Positions 1 to 13,200 of a DNA stretch of 64,000 nucleotides are shown here, one piece after another (position 1 is the first letter of the stretch; each line of letters starts with the position of its first letter). This DNA is from Hemiscyllium ocellatum (Eukaryota), in NCBI RefSeq assembly GCF_020745735.1, contig NC_083445.1, positions 1,488,001-1,552,000 of the forward strand, given 5' to 3'. The notes under the pieces are model-generated. The model was not told the DNA's origin and ran no database searches. It worked only from the letters and a program-made list of their open reading frames with translations. The translations under genes were made by a program, and so were the position numbers.

Positions 1-212
1 TCTCCTGGTATTTTAGGGATGTCACAGTCTCGGACTTTCCTTCCAGTTTATTGTCTGAAAGGATAAATCTGTTGGCCCTTACAGTGTCGACAATAAACCC
101 GCTCCCTCGGGTCACTGCTCTTCTCACAAAAGGTAAAGACTGTCAAAAATATGCAGAATTCTCCGTCTGACCTGACTTTCAGACCCAGATGTCAGAAAGA
201 CCGATACCAGAC

Positions 213-525
213 TTTTTTTTTAGATTACTTAGTGTGGAAACAGGCCCTTCGGCCCAACAAGTCCACGCTGATCCACCGAAGCGCAACCTACCCATTCCCC
301 TACATTTATCCCTTCACCTAACACTACGGGCAATTTAGCATGGCTAATTCACCTGACCTGCATATCTTTGGACTGTGGGAGGAAACCGGAGCACCCGGAG
401 GAAACCCACGCAGACACGGGGAGAACGTGCAAACCCCACACAGTCAGTCGCCCGAGGCGGGAATTGAACCCGGGTCTCTGGCGCTGTGAGGCAGCAGTGC
501 TAACCACTGTGCCACCGTGCCGCCC
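213..525 (-). mobile_element. HE1-type tRNA-derived V-SINE, full length
   Basis: Reverse complement reads GGGCGGCACGGTGGCACAGTGGTTAGCACTGCTGCCTCACAGCGCCAGAGACCCGGGTTCAATTCCC (A/B boxes), then the V-domain and the tail GGGCCGAAGGGCCTGTTTCCACACT..AATCTA. Near-identical copies occur at 30353, 36631 and 51851. Confidence 0.9.
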
Positions 526-1039
526 ATAGCTCCGTTGTCTACTGGTGAAAATTTTAATCCCCTTATAAAGCTCTCCCTCTATACAGATGCAAACATTCAC
601 AATAAAGTTTGGTGTTCTGATGGATGGAGAAACTGGGAAGGCAGTTGAGTGAGTCGGTGTTCACAACTTGCTGCGATTATTGTTTTGTTGACCTGAGCAC
701 TACTACTTGATCTGTCTTCACTGGATACATTCACTACGTGCAGGAGGTAGTGGATGACGCTTTCACTCTTCGAAAGGTCCCTGACTCATACAGCACCTGT
801 GCAGAGGATAGAGACAGGCTAGCTTCAGGGTGACATGTTTTTTACAGCAAATATCAACAGCACCTTCTCTTGACCTCTGATGTTTTCCAAACATTCATGC
901 CCTCAAAATGTTCATTTAGCTGGGAGCCAATCACCTAGCTGTTCTTGGGCAGGAGTCTTTTGTCATGGATAGCTGGTCACTAGTCCATAGACCAACCATC
1001 TCCTTACTGCCAACCGCAGATTCCTGTAGACACCCCTCT

Positions 1040-4000
1040 CGGCTCCAGCTCATCTGGAGAGAGGGGACAAACTGGATGTTTAAGAAGGAAATTGGAGGGA
1101 AAGTTAGAACAAGGGAAGTCAAGAAAGACAACTGTATCAATGAGGCAGAAAATTCAGAAAGGGATCATGCTGTAAGGTTGAGTGAAATAGGAGTTGATGG
1201 AAAGGGTGAGGGCAGTAACAAATTAAAAATACTATACATGAATGCACGAAGCATTAGAAATAAGATGGATGAGCTTGAGGCTCTTTTGGAAATTGGCAGA
1301 TACCATATTGTGGGGAAAACTGAGACGTGGCCTCAAGTGGACAGGGCCTGGAAAATGAATATTCAAGGCTACACGTGCTATCGTAAGGACAGACTGACGG
1401 GCAGAAGGGGGTGGGGTGGTCATGTTGGCAAGGGATGATATTCAGTCCCTAGCGCCGGGGGAACCTAAAATCAGGGGATGTAGAGTCAGTGTGGATAGAG
1501 CTGAGAAATACTAAGGGTAAAAAGACCCTCTTGGGTGTTATCTACAGGCCTCCAAACAGTAGTCTGGATGTTGGATGTAAGTTGAATCATGAGCTGAAAT
1601 TGGCCTGTCAGAAAGATGTTACTACAGTTGTTATGGGGGATTTCAACATGCAGGAAGACTGGGAGAATCAGGATGGTATTGGACCTCAAGAAAGAGACTT
1701 TGTGGAGTGCCTTCGAGATGGATTCTTAGAACAGCTGGTGCTGGAGCCGACCAGGGAGAAGGCAATTCTGGATCTGGTATTGTGCAACGAACCAGAATTG
1801 ATAGGGACCTCGAAGTGAAGGAGCCATTGGGAAGTAGTGACCATAATACAATAAGCTTCAATCTGCAATTTGAGAGGGAGAGGGTACAATCGGAAGTGAC
1901 AATATTTCAGTTGAATAAAGGGAACTATGGAGCTATGAGGGAGGACCTGGCCAAAGTTCAATGGTGCAATGCCTTAGCAGGGATGACAGTGGAGGAACAA
2001 TGGCAGATATATCTGTGTATAATGCAGAAGATGCAGGATCAGTTCATTCCAAAAAGGAAGAAGGATCCTAGGAGGAGGCATGGGTGGCCGTGGCTGACGA
2101 GGGAAGTTAAGAAACATATAAAGATAAAAGAGAAAAAGTATAACATAGCAAAGATAAGTGGGAAAACGGAGGACTGGGAAGCTTTTAAAGAACAACAGAG
2201 GATTACTAAGAAGGAAATACGCAGAGAAAAAATGAGGTATGAAGGTAAACTGGCCAAAAATATAAAGCAGGGTAGTAAAAGCTTTTTTAGGTATGTGAAA
2301 AGCAAAAAAATGGTTAAGACTAAAATTGGGCCCTTGAAGATAGAAGCAGGTGAATATATTATAGGGAACAAAGAAATGGCAGAAGAATTGAAGTGGTACT
2401 TCAGATCTGTCTTCACTGGGGAAGACACAAGCAATCTCCCTGAGGTAACAGTGGCTGAAGGACCTGAACTTAAGGGAATTTATATTTGCCAGGAATTGGT
2501 GTTGGAGAGACTGTTAGGTCTGAAGGTTGATAAGTCCCCGGGGCCTGATGGTCTACATCCCAGGGTACTGAAGGAGGTGGCTCGAGAAATCGTGGCTGCG
2601 TTGGTGATTATTTTCCAGAGTTCGATAGATTCAGATCAGTTCCTGCGGATTGGAGGGTGGCTAATGTTGTACCACTTTTTAAGAAAGGTGGCAGAGAGAA
2701 AGCAGGAAATTATAGATCAGTTAGTCTGACCTCAGTGGTGGGACAGATGCTGGAGTCTATTATAAAGGATGAAATTACGACACATCTGGATAGTAGTAAC
2801 AGGATAGGTCAGAGTCAGCATGGATTTATGAAGGGGAAATCATGCTTGACTAATCTTTGGAATTTTTTGAGGATGTAACTCTGAAGATGGACGAGGGAGA
2901 TCCAGTAGATGTAGTGTACCTGGACTTTCAGAAAGCGTTTGATAAAGTCCCACATAGGAGGTTAGTGAGCAAAATTAGGGTGCACGGTATTGGGGGCAAA
3001 GTATTAACTTGGACTGAAAGTTGGTTGGCTGATAGGAAGCAAAGAATAGTGATAAACGGCTCCATTTCGGAATGGCAGGCAGTGACCAGTGGGGTACCAC
3101 AGGGATCAGTACTGGGACCGCAGCTTTTTACAATATATGTTAATGATATAGAAGATGGTATTAGTAATAACGTTAGCAAATTTGCTGATGATACTAAGCT
3201 GGGTGGCAGGGTGAAATGTGAGGAGGATGTTAGGAGATTACAGGGTGACCTGGACAAGTTAGGTGAGTGGTCAGATGCATGGCAGATGCAGGTTAATGTG
3301 GATAAATATATGGTTATCCACTTTGGCAAGAACAGGAAGGCAGATTACTACCTCAATGGAGTCAATTTAGGTAAAGGGACAGTATAGAGAGATCTGGGTG
3401 TTCTTGTACACCAGTCAATGAAGGCAAGCATGCAGGTACAGCAGGTAGTGAAGAAGGCTAATAGCATGCTGGCCTTCATAACAAGAGGGATTGAGTATAG
3501 AAGCAAAGAGGTGCTTCTGCAGCTGTACAGGGCCCTGGTGAGACCACACCTGGAATATTGTGTGCAGTTCTGGTCTCCAAATTTGAGGAAAGACATTCTG
3601 GCTATTGAGGGAGTGCAGCGTAGGTTCACGAGGTCATTTCCTGGAATGGCGGGATTACCTTACACTGAAAGACTGAAGCGACTGGGCTTGTATACCCTTG
3701 AGTTTAGAAGACTGAGAGGGGATCTGATTGAGACATATAAGATTATTAAAGGATTGGACACTCTGGAGGCAGGAAACATGTTTCCGCTGATGGGTGAGTG
3801 CCGAACCAGAGGACACAGCTTAAAAATACGGGGTAGACCATTTAGGACAGAGATGAGGAGAAACTTCTTCACCCAGAGAGTGGTGGCTGTGTGGAATGCT
3901 CTGCCCCAGAGGACAGTGGAGGCCCAGTCTCTGGATTCATTCAAGAAAGAGTTGGATAGAGCTCTCAAGGATTGTGGAATCAAGGGTTATGGAAATAAGG

Positions 4001-4103
4001 CAGGAACAGGATACTGATTAAGGATGATCAGCCATGATCATATTGAATGGTGGTGAGGCTGGAAGGGCAGAATGGCCTAATCCTGCACCTATTGTCTATT
4101 ATC
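1040..4103 (+). mobile_element. CR1-clade LINE, 5'-truncated, ORF2 (APE endonuclease + reverse transcriptase) broken by frameshifts; lies in an FBXW9 intron
   Basis: Overlapping ORFs carry APE motifs (YMNARSIRNK, GVIYRPPNS, VMGDFN, SSDHNTI) and RT motifs ([31 protein letters not shown]), the C-terminal [13 protein letters not shown], and a CR1-type 3' UTR ending ~4103. Confidence 0.93.
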
Positions 4104-4139
4104 TGCAAACTCTGCTTTCACTACAATAGGCCACAGGTA

Positions 4140-4605
4140 GTAGAACGGCATTAGGCCATTCAGCCCAACCGATCTGTTCTGCTGTTCAATCATGGATAGT
4201 ATTTTTCTCAACCTAAAAATGCATAACCTCTCACTTTCCCACATGGTTTTCCACCTGCCCCTTCTTTGCCCACTCTCCCAGCCTCTCCATGTCCTTCTGT
4301 AGCTCCCTGCTTCCTCAACATAACTTGTCCCTCCACCTATGCTCCACCTGCAAATGTAGCAGCAGTGCCCTCAGTTCCTTCGTCCAGGTTGTTAAAGTAT
4401 GATGTGAGTAGCTGTGATCCCAACACTGAGCCCTGCAGGAATCCATGACCCACTGAATACCATCCTGAGAGAGACTCCTTTCTCCTCGCTCTACCTCTGC
4501 TAGTCAGCCAGTCCTCGAACCACACCAGTACTGGCCCCAACACCACAGACTGGTATTTAGCAGCCTCCTGTGCGGCACCTTGTCAAAGGTCATTTGGAAA
4601 TGCTC
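4140..4605 (-). mobile_element. Degraded CR1 LINE fragment (RT region and 3' end)
   Basis: Minus-strand translation shows QGSVLGSQL..NNLDEGTEG, a decayed RT motif. Boundaries approximate. Confidence 0.65.
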
Positions 4606-4790
4606 CTTGAACCAGCAGCTGTGTAAATAGTGCTAATAGTGAGGGTCAAGGACTTTGCTTTTAAAAAGGTGCAGCAATCCTTCAACAATTCTTTCCCCAT
4701 TTCAGACCATAATCAAAAGTACAGAAATATAAAAAGTGCAGTCTTTCCACCTTTCTCTCTCAGTGACCATTTCTTTGGCTTCTCCCTCAG

Positions 4791-6679
4791 TGTTTTAATG
4801 TTGGTCACCGCTCCCAGCTCACAGGGATCAAACACTCCCTCGGAACCTTGTACACTTCGTCAACTGATAAAAGCATCAAGGTAAGCTCGAGGGGGTTATT
4901 GAGGGTCTGATTCTTGGCACTGACGTGGTCTGTAGCGATCGTTGGTTTCCTCAATGACCCCCATGTTGTATTCTATCTACTAGTTGGAGTACACTGGCTT
5001 CGAGATGGGTATAGAGTCCAGGCTGTGGTCACTGGTCATCTGATTCACATCAATCGAGACTGACCTGCAGTTTAACTGCATTCAGCTGTTGTCCCATATC
5101 GTGTTTGTCAACCATTGGGCCTCCCACCATCCAGAGGGATTGTAGGAGTGAAGTGCACTTTCTGGGGTCCCTGTGCTTCACCTGTTCACTCCGAAATGGT
5201 GTCACGCTCCCCTGACTCCAGTTTGCTCTTATCCTGAATTACTTTACCATTTGAAGACCCACCTCCAGCTGACCACTCCCTGTCCCTTTGCCACCTTCGA
5301 GCTGGTACACAGCTGCAGTGTGTGGAACGTTGGTGCTTGATTCACCGTGTCGGTTTATTGTCTGTGTTGATCAGGAGCTGATACCTGTCTCTCTCCTTTT
5401 CCAGGTGCATGTGCCAACAGAGCCCCCCCACACAATTTGCACTTTACCCCACGTTGATGTAATGAATGGGGTGAGTATGTTGAGTGGATTGTGTGCTGGG
5501 GGGGGGGGGGGGGGGTGGCGTGAGTTTGGAGTTGCCATTTCCTACTGAGAGTGCTCCTTGTTGGGGCCATACTCCTCCTCACCCTGGGGTAGGTTTGTGG
5601 ACTCTGTTTTACCAATGGCCCAGAAAACTCTTCGCCCCACCCTTTCAGAAAGTGTTGGAGGGGGTTTGGATTGGGCATGGCTTTGTGGTCTATCAGCTCT
5701 GACGGTGCTTGTTGCAAGGGGATCTGAGTTCGGATTAAATGCTGCAGAATCCTGGGGAGACCTCTCCTGGAGAAGTGTTGACTCTGAAATCCCTTGTGTA
5801 ACGAGGGGTCTACCTTCTGTAGACCCAGGGCACCAGATATCCACCGGATTAAAATAAAACCACACCAAGTAAAGAACCCCAGAGGATGGCAATGTAAGAC
5901 AAACACTGAAGATGTTGGAGAAACTCAGCAGGTCTGGCAGCATCTGTGGAGAGAGACACAGTGTTACTGTTTCAGGTCTGGTGACCCTTCCTCAAACCTG
6001 GAGTCTCAGAATAATCCCGGGGATGGAGGATTGTTTTATGGGAAGAGATTTGAGCAAACGAGGTCTGTTTGAAGATGTGAGATGCTCTCATTGAAACTTA
6101 TAAAATCCTTCCAGGCCGGATGTCCCCACGGACTGGCCTCGTTAGAACCGGGGTGAGGGGGGAGGAATCATCTCAGGACAATGTAGGCCGTTAAAGACTG
6201 AGATGAGGAATTTACCCGCTCAGATGGTAGTGACCCTTTGAAAGTGTCCACTCCGGACGTGTGGAAGCTCAATCCTTGAGTAGATTCAAGACAGTAATCG
6301 ATGGGTTTCTAGGAAATATTGGCCTTGGTGTCACAGCTCGCGATAGTGCGTGGCTAGGCTGGCTTGATGGACCGAATGGCACACCCATGTTACAAAGACT
6401 GACCAGAGAAGGAATCACCAAATGCCTTCAAGCAGACTGTCTTTACCCCTGGCATTCTCACACCCAGGGGTCTGTGCCCATTGGCTACCTTGCCTTGAGG
6501 TGAGGGGGGAGAGAGCCGTTCTGTTGCATTGGGAGGGCAGGGGGCTGTGTGTTTGAAGGAATGTTGGGAAGCATTGGGGTGATGGTGACCTTGGTGTGTT
6601 TCAGATCAGTGTGGAGGGGGACATCTTGGCAGCTGCTTCTGGGTCGATGTCTGTGGAAATCTGGAGGAGCATGAAGTGA
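4791..6679 (+). CDS. FBXW9: F-box/WD repeat protein 9, last three coding exons (gene begins upstream of the window)
   Basis: Exons with AG/GT boundaries: 4791-4880 ([30 protein letters not shown]), 5405-5470 ([22 protein letters not shown]) and 6605-6679 ([24 protein letters not shown]). These match the human FBXW9 C-terminus (..STDKTIRVHVPTDPPRTICT..EVWR). FBXW9 neighbours DHPS in human. Confidence 0.88.
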
Positions 6680-7714
6680 CCAAGAGGCTGGTTTGAGTTC
6701 GGAGTGTGGTTCGGGTTCCTAAGGGGCACTCGGTTGTCAGACCACTCCACCTTTACCAGGGCTGCAGGCAGGCGGCGGGTGCTCTTGGCAGGAGGGGGTG
6801 GTTCCCCCTCTTAAACACACCACCTCATGTCATGTGACTGCAAACTCCTCCCTCCTGCCAAATGTCCTAATGCATTAAATTCCTATTGATCGAGACACTT
6901 TATACATTAATATTGTTATGGTCGTCACTTGCATCTCAGATTCCCACGGTGATGGTGGGAGGTGATTCCCACGGTGATGGTGGGAGGTGCTGGTGCTGTA
7001 GAACCGAGTGCCCATGGCTAGTGAGTTGGGCCACGGTTTTCCTCCAGCCTCTGTCCTGGGGTGAGTTTCTGGAAAGCTCTGATTGTTTCTCCCTTTGTGA
7101 GCCAGTGTACTCCCACATCCAAGCACAGACAGGATAATGTGTCTGCGGAATGGTTGACCCACAGGTCTTGCTGCTGTATGATTGAGAAAAGAACACATTT
7201 CACAGGGTTAACACTAGCCAACGGGTCAGTGCCACTCACTGAGACCTGTCGTGAGTATTAAACCTGCAGCACTGACTGGTGGCTAAGCTGAGCACTGGTA
7301 AGTGGTAATCTCCCAATGTCATGGCAACTACACTGTGTAGACCCACCTTCCCCCCCCCCCCCGATCGAGGTGAGGTCCCTGTGATGGGGTTTGGGCTGTA
7401 GTTTTTGGCAGCCTGTGCTCTGTAAGTTGGTGATATCAACAGGAACCTCAGGTGCTGCAGTTTCCCCATCTGTCGGATTTCTCAGGTTGGTGTCACAGCC
7501 CGAGAGAATGCATGTTCAAATCCCTCTCACGGCTTCGGTGCTCACATCCATGAGCCGAGCCAAGGGGGTATGGCGCTGTCATAGCCGCCGTTAAGGTGGG
7601 ATGTGAATCAGAGGTGCTGGGTTTCCAGTCACGTGGATGTAGATGATCCCAAACACTACATTACAAAGGAGTTAAATAATGACTTTTTAAACAGTTGTGA
7701 AATGTTGACATGAA

Positions 7715-7918
7715 AACATGCCCACGTCCTGACCAAACATATACCCCTGAACCAACATCACGAAAACAGATTCTCTGGTGATTAACCTCAGTGCTGTTTG
7801 TGGAATCTTGCTGTTCAGATTGGCTGCTGTGTTTCCAGAGTTCCCAAAGTGAGTGTGTTTGAAAAGTACTTTGTGAGCTTGTAAACATTGTGATTAGAAA
7901 TGCAAGTTTTATTCTTTG
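7715..7918 (+). mobile_element. DeuSINE (SacSINE1-like) 3' half, degraded
   Basis: CCTGACCAAACATATACCCCTGAACCAACATCAC..GCTGTTTGTGGAATCTTGCTGT..TTGGCTGCTGTGTTTCC..AATGCAAGT resembles the Deu domain and tail (recalled consensus). Confidence 0.55.
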
Positions 7919-8369
7919 AATATTTGCTGACCTGGAGCATCCCTTTGTTGCTGCTGAGAGATTGACTGGATTTACTGCTGTTTCTGAAGCAGAAATACCA
8001 TTTACTTCAGGTATGAGCTCTCTAACACCAGGAGGCACAGGCCGGGTTTGTCCCCTCTCTGTATGTATCATGTTACAAATGGAGAGAGAGAGAAGCGTTT
8101 GTTTAAAGACACAGGCACCCAGTGTTCTCTCACATCCACAGAGCAGCAGCTCAACAGAAAAAGCAGCGATGCACAAATGGCAGAAAATTACTTCAACTGG
8201 GAGAATATTTATTAATAAAGGTAAAAGATTTGAACAGCCTACACGGTGGATCATTGTGTTCCTATGGCAGAAAGGGCAAAGATTCCCACCTGAATCCGAA
8301 GTTCAGAATTCGGGTTGGTTTCCAGAAACTTGAAAACAAAATCCAGGAAAACCAGTCTCATGTGGAATG

Positions 8370-9270
8370 CGATGGGAGTGCCACACTATCAGAGGGTCAG
8401 GGCTGAGGGAGTGTCGGAGGGTCAGTGCTGAGGGAGTGGGCACTGTCTGTGGATCAGTGCTGAGGGAGTGCCACACTGCAGGAGGGTCAGTGCTGAGGGA
8501 GCGCCGTACTGTCGGAGGGTCAGTGCTGAGAGAGTGCGCACTGTCGGTGGATCAGCACTGAGGGAGCGCCGTACTGTCGGAGGGTCAGTGCTGAGAGAGT
8601 GGGCACTGTCGGTGGATCAGCACTGAGGGAGCGCCGTACTGTCGGAGGGTCAGTGCTGAGAGAGCGCCGTACTGTCGGAGGGTCAGTGCTGAGGGAGTGC
8701 GCACTGCCGGAGGGTCAGCGCTGAGGGAGTGCGCACTGTCTGTGTGTCAATGTTGAGGGAGTACCGCACTGTCGGAGGGTCAGCGCTGTCAGAGTGCCGC
8801 ACTGCCAGAGGGTCGGTGCTGAGGGAGCGCCGTACTGTTGGAGGGTCAGCGTTGAGGGAGTGCCACACTGTCGGAAGGTCAGCGCTGAGGGAGCGCCGTA
8901 CTGTCAGAGGGTCAACGCTGAGGGAGTGCCGCACTGCCAGAGGGTCGGCGCTGTCGGAGGGTCAGCATTGAGGGAGTGCCACACTGTCGGAAGGTCAGCG
9001 CTGAGGGAGCGCCGTACTGTCAGAGGGTCAACGCTGAGGGAGTGCCGCACTGCCAGAGGGTCGGCGCTGTCGGAGGGTCAGCATTGAGGGAGTGCCACAC
9101 TGTCGGAAGGTCAGCGCTGAGGGAGCGCCATACTGTCAGAGGGTCAACGCTGAGGGGGTCGGCGCTGAGGGAGCGCCGCACTGTCGGAGGGTCAGCGCTG
9201 AGGGAGCGCCGCACTGTCGGAGGGTCAGCGCTGAGGGAGCGCCGCACTGTCGGAGGGTCAGCGCTGAGGG
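8370..9270 (+). repeat. 33-bp minisatellite (CTGTCGGAGGGTCAGTGCTGAGGGAGTGCCGCA) expanded inside a DeuSINE copy
   Basis: About 27 tandem units are visible. The same unit occurs inverted at 45434-45622 and 49727-50625. Confidence 0.9.
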
Positions 9271-9586
9271 AAGCGGTCTGTGTCAGAGGTGCCTTTCTTT
9301 GAGTGAAATGTTTCAGTAAACTGTGCTGTCAGATATGAAAACCTGGCCTTAATATGAAGAAGAGCAGTGCAGTGCCGATGGTCAGGGGTATAGATTTGTT
9401 TCTTGACCATCAATGCCCTCCGTGATGGCTGGTTGATGACCCTGTTGCTGCACACGGACACGTGTAGGCTGCTGTTTTGTCTGACTGAGGGCGGGCTGGA
9501 TGTTTGGAATTATGTGTCCCCTCCTCCCTGAGACCAACACACACATTCAGAGAATGCAGCCAAAATATGAGACAGCTCAGGATTCA

Positions 9587-9800
9587 GTGACGGTGGCTCA
9601 GTGGTTAACACTGCTGCCTCACAGTGTCAGGGACCCAGGTTCAATTCTCGCCTCGGAGTTTGCACATTCTCCTGTAGTGTTCGGTGCATTAGTCAGGGGT
9701 GAATGTAGGGGAATGGGTCTGGGAGGGTTGCTCTTTGGAGGGTCGGTGTGGACTTGTTGGGCCGAAGGGCCTGTTTCCACACTGTAAGTCTAATCTAATA
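9587..9800 (+). mobile_element. HE1 SINE, internally deleted
   Basis: Head (CGGTGGCTCAGTGGTTAACACTGCTGCCTCACAG) and tail (GGGCCGAAGGGCCTGTTTCCACACTGTAAGTCTAATCTAA) are present, with the middle missing. Confidence 0.8.
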
Positions 9801-10229
9801 ATCGTACGGATTCACCCTGACCGTGTTTAATTGTCAAAAAAAACTGTTCCGATCCAAATTGGTGATTTTAAACACATGCTGCCCCTGACCCTGTGCCCAG
9901 CCCCATCCCCAACTCCACAGAGCCACAGCCAATGGCTGGAAGGAGGTGGGGAGTACTGTAGACAGTGTCTCTGTATGGGCATCTCTTTGGACAGCACTGT
10001 GTGGCTGGGGGACCCTCAGGCCTCTCCATGATATGCAGTCCCTTGTCGTCCTTGTGTTATCTTCAACCCCCTTCTGTTGGCTGCTTCATCCCACTCAATG
10101 TCTGCTCCAGGGATTTGGGATGGGGAAGGGGAAGAGGAGTACATAACGGGGTGAAACCTAAAGCAGGGATCAGTGTTTCAGGCTGGATGGGTGGTCCCAC
10201 TGGGTAGTGTGGTACTGCCCTGGGTGTCG

Positions 10230-13200
10230 TTACAATATGATACAGGGTTTCTTGTCCTTGAATGGATTGTCTGAGTTCGGGACTCCCGTCACCAATGGGT
10301 CATTTGTTACATGGTCCTCGCAGTAATGCATCAGATCAGCTGCAGCTTTGGAAATCTGGGGACCAGAGCAGAGAGAGAGTGAGACATTGGAGATGGGAGA
10401 CAGATGAGCTGTATGAATGGGACAAACCCAACCTAATGGAACACTGAACAGTCAACAGCACAGAAACCAACCCTTCACTCTACTAAAGTAGTCCCACTGA
10501 CCTGCGTTGTCCCATATCCCTCTAAACCTTTCCTATCCATGTACCTGTCCAAATACCTTTTAAACGTAACTGTATCTGCCTCTTCCACTTCCTCTGGCAG
10601 TTCATTCCACAGACAAACCACTCTTTGTGAAAAAGTTCGACCCCAGGTCCCCTTTGAACCTTTCTCCTCTCACTTTGAATATATGGCCCCTTAGTTTTGA
10701 ACTCTCCTTATCTGAGGGAAAAGACCCTTCCTGTTCAGCCTGTCCTTCATGTTTTTATAAACCTCTGTAGGGTCACCTCTCAACGCCCGAGACTCCAGTG
10801 AAAAAAGGCCCAACCTAACCAGCCTCTTCTTATAACTCAAAGCCTCCAGTTCCAGCAACATTGCTGTAAATCATCTCTGCACTCTCTCCAATTTAATAAT
10901 ATCCCTCCTGTAGCAGGACTACCAGAACTCCACACATTACTCTGAAAATCCTCAGTTAGTGACAGTAATGAAAATGAACTTTCCTGGTGAGAACAGTCAC
11001 GCTGGAATATCCCTGAGGAATCTGAGGTGTTGCTTCTCGCGTGGTTAGTCGTTGTGATTCTTTACAATCACCTGTGTGACTGTCTTCTGCCCTTTTCAAA
11101 AAGCCTGTGACTGCTGTACAGAAACTACCACTGCACAAGATCCCTTCCCGGGAATGTCCCTACCTCTGGGCAAGGAAGCTTGTGTTTAACTCAGATCTGT
11201 TCCAGATGTGTGTCTGAGCAGGTTGATGGAAAACCTTCCAGGGCAGAGCAGACAGTGAGAATGGGCCCATGTGGGGATAAGGTCAGAATTAGAACCACAG
11301 CCCAATCAGCAACTCTCAGACAGGGAGGAGGATGTGCAACTTGTTCCCAGATGGAGAGTTTGAGATGCATCGTGTTGATGTTTTTAGGGGGAACATCAGA
11401 GAGCGTGAGATAAGGTGATGGGATGGAGGGGGATGATTAACACTGAATGTTCTGACTGGATGCTCTGCTGTTGATGTAACTCTGTATCAATGTGTATTGG
11501 GTAGTGTTACATCTTGGAAACTGATATTTATTTCTCAGCATAGCTTGTGTGTTTGTGAATAAAGTGTGAAATGGAACATGAAATAAGAAGCTTTTTTGAA
11601 ATGAGAATCAATGCCTACCATATGGAAACTCCTCCCCCACCCCCCAACGCTGTTTACAACTTTCACCCAGATTAATGAAAGCAAGGACTGAGAGTGAGGA
11701 CATTCTGAGGTGTTGCCTTGTGCATAGAGCTATCAACTCAGATGTTCAAGATCAAAGCAGCTAAACAGAATTAGACCCCAGTTTGCCACATGATCTTCAA
11801 GTCAGTCATTGTTAATCCAATTCCACATCCTGGCGATATTGGAATGAAGAGAAGGTGCTGGAAATCAGAAACATGATCATGAAGTGTTGGAGAAACTCAG
11901 CAGGTCTGGCAGCCTCTGTGGGGAGGACAAAAAGAACCCCAATGTCTTGACTCCAGTGACCCCTTCAACAGTACCTTCCGACTAAAGGTCACTGGACTCA
12001 AGACGTTAACCCTGCGTTCTCCCCACAGACGCTGCCAGACCTGCTGAGTTTCTCCAGCACTGTCTGAAGCAAAATCAGACAATGTTGGAAGGTGGCTGTA
12101 TGTGCTGGAGTAAAACCCATTCACCTGGGGCTGAGGAGAACAGTCCAGGATCTCCCTTCTGATTGACAACACCAATTCCAAATCGTGGCTTTTACTGCAC
12201 TGACTGACAGATAACCAGTCTCCTGTCCTGAGGGGCTATTTGCTAACTGATCCCCTCTCCTCAAGGTGGGAGGGAGGTTGTGCTATTGATGGAGAGTAGG
12301 GAATTGGCGAATTAATCTGTGGAGCATTTTGGAGAATACAGGAATTAGGAATAGGAGTAGGCCATTCATGCCCTACGTTACTCTGCTGTTCAATAAGATC
12401 ATGGCTGATCTGTGCGTGTTTTGAATTCATATTCCCATCTACCCCCATTATCTTTGATTTCCCTCCCTAACATCAATCTATGCAGCTCTGCTTTAAGAAT
12501 ATTCAATGAGCCCATTTCCACTGCTTTCTCAGATAGAAAGTTCCAGAGTACCTCAATCCTGAGAGAAAAACAAAATTCCTCCTCTGTCCTAAAAGACTGA
12601 CCTCTGACCTCCAATTTTAAACAGAGAACTTGGGAGGGGGAAGTCTTAAGTCATAATCCTTATTCTTCCTGTCAAAGTGAACAACTTTACATTTTCCCAC
12701 ATTTCACTCCAGCCAGATGTTTGCCGCTCACATAAGCGATCCATATCTGTCTGCATCCTTGTTATATCCTCTTTATTACACTTTCCTAGCGAGCTTTGGG
12801 TCATCTGCGAGTTTAGGCACCTTATCTCATCATTTACATGGTGTGGGCCCACCATAGACCCCTGCGGGACTTCACACTCTGTCAATCTGAAAAAGAATCT
12901 TTATACACACTCTCTACTTTGGGTAAACTAGTCTATCAGTAGTCATATGTTACTCCCTGTACTCTGAGCTCCTTTGCACAGTGACTACTAATGGGGAACC
13001 CTGTCAAATACCTTCTAGAAATCCAAGTCCAGTACATCAGTGGCTCCTGTAAATCCACCGTACATGTTATTACTTCCAATAAATTGGTGATTTCCCTTTC
13101 CACAAAACCATGCTGATTCTTCCTGATTATCTTTAGCTTGTCTAAGTGCCCAGTTATAATTAATCCTGTTACATCACACAATAAGTTAACCTGCTCTCTG

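Noticed and set aside
47-132. AG..GT-bounded segment with an open frame (LLSERINLLALTVSTINPLPRVTALLTK)
   Set aside because: No resemblance to the expected preceding FBXW9 exon, and its phase does not fit the phase-0 acceptor at 4791.
965-4017. Active LINE ORF2
   Set aside because: Split over at least six ORFs by frameshifts and stops; 5'-truncated.
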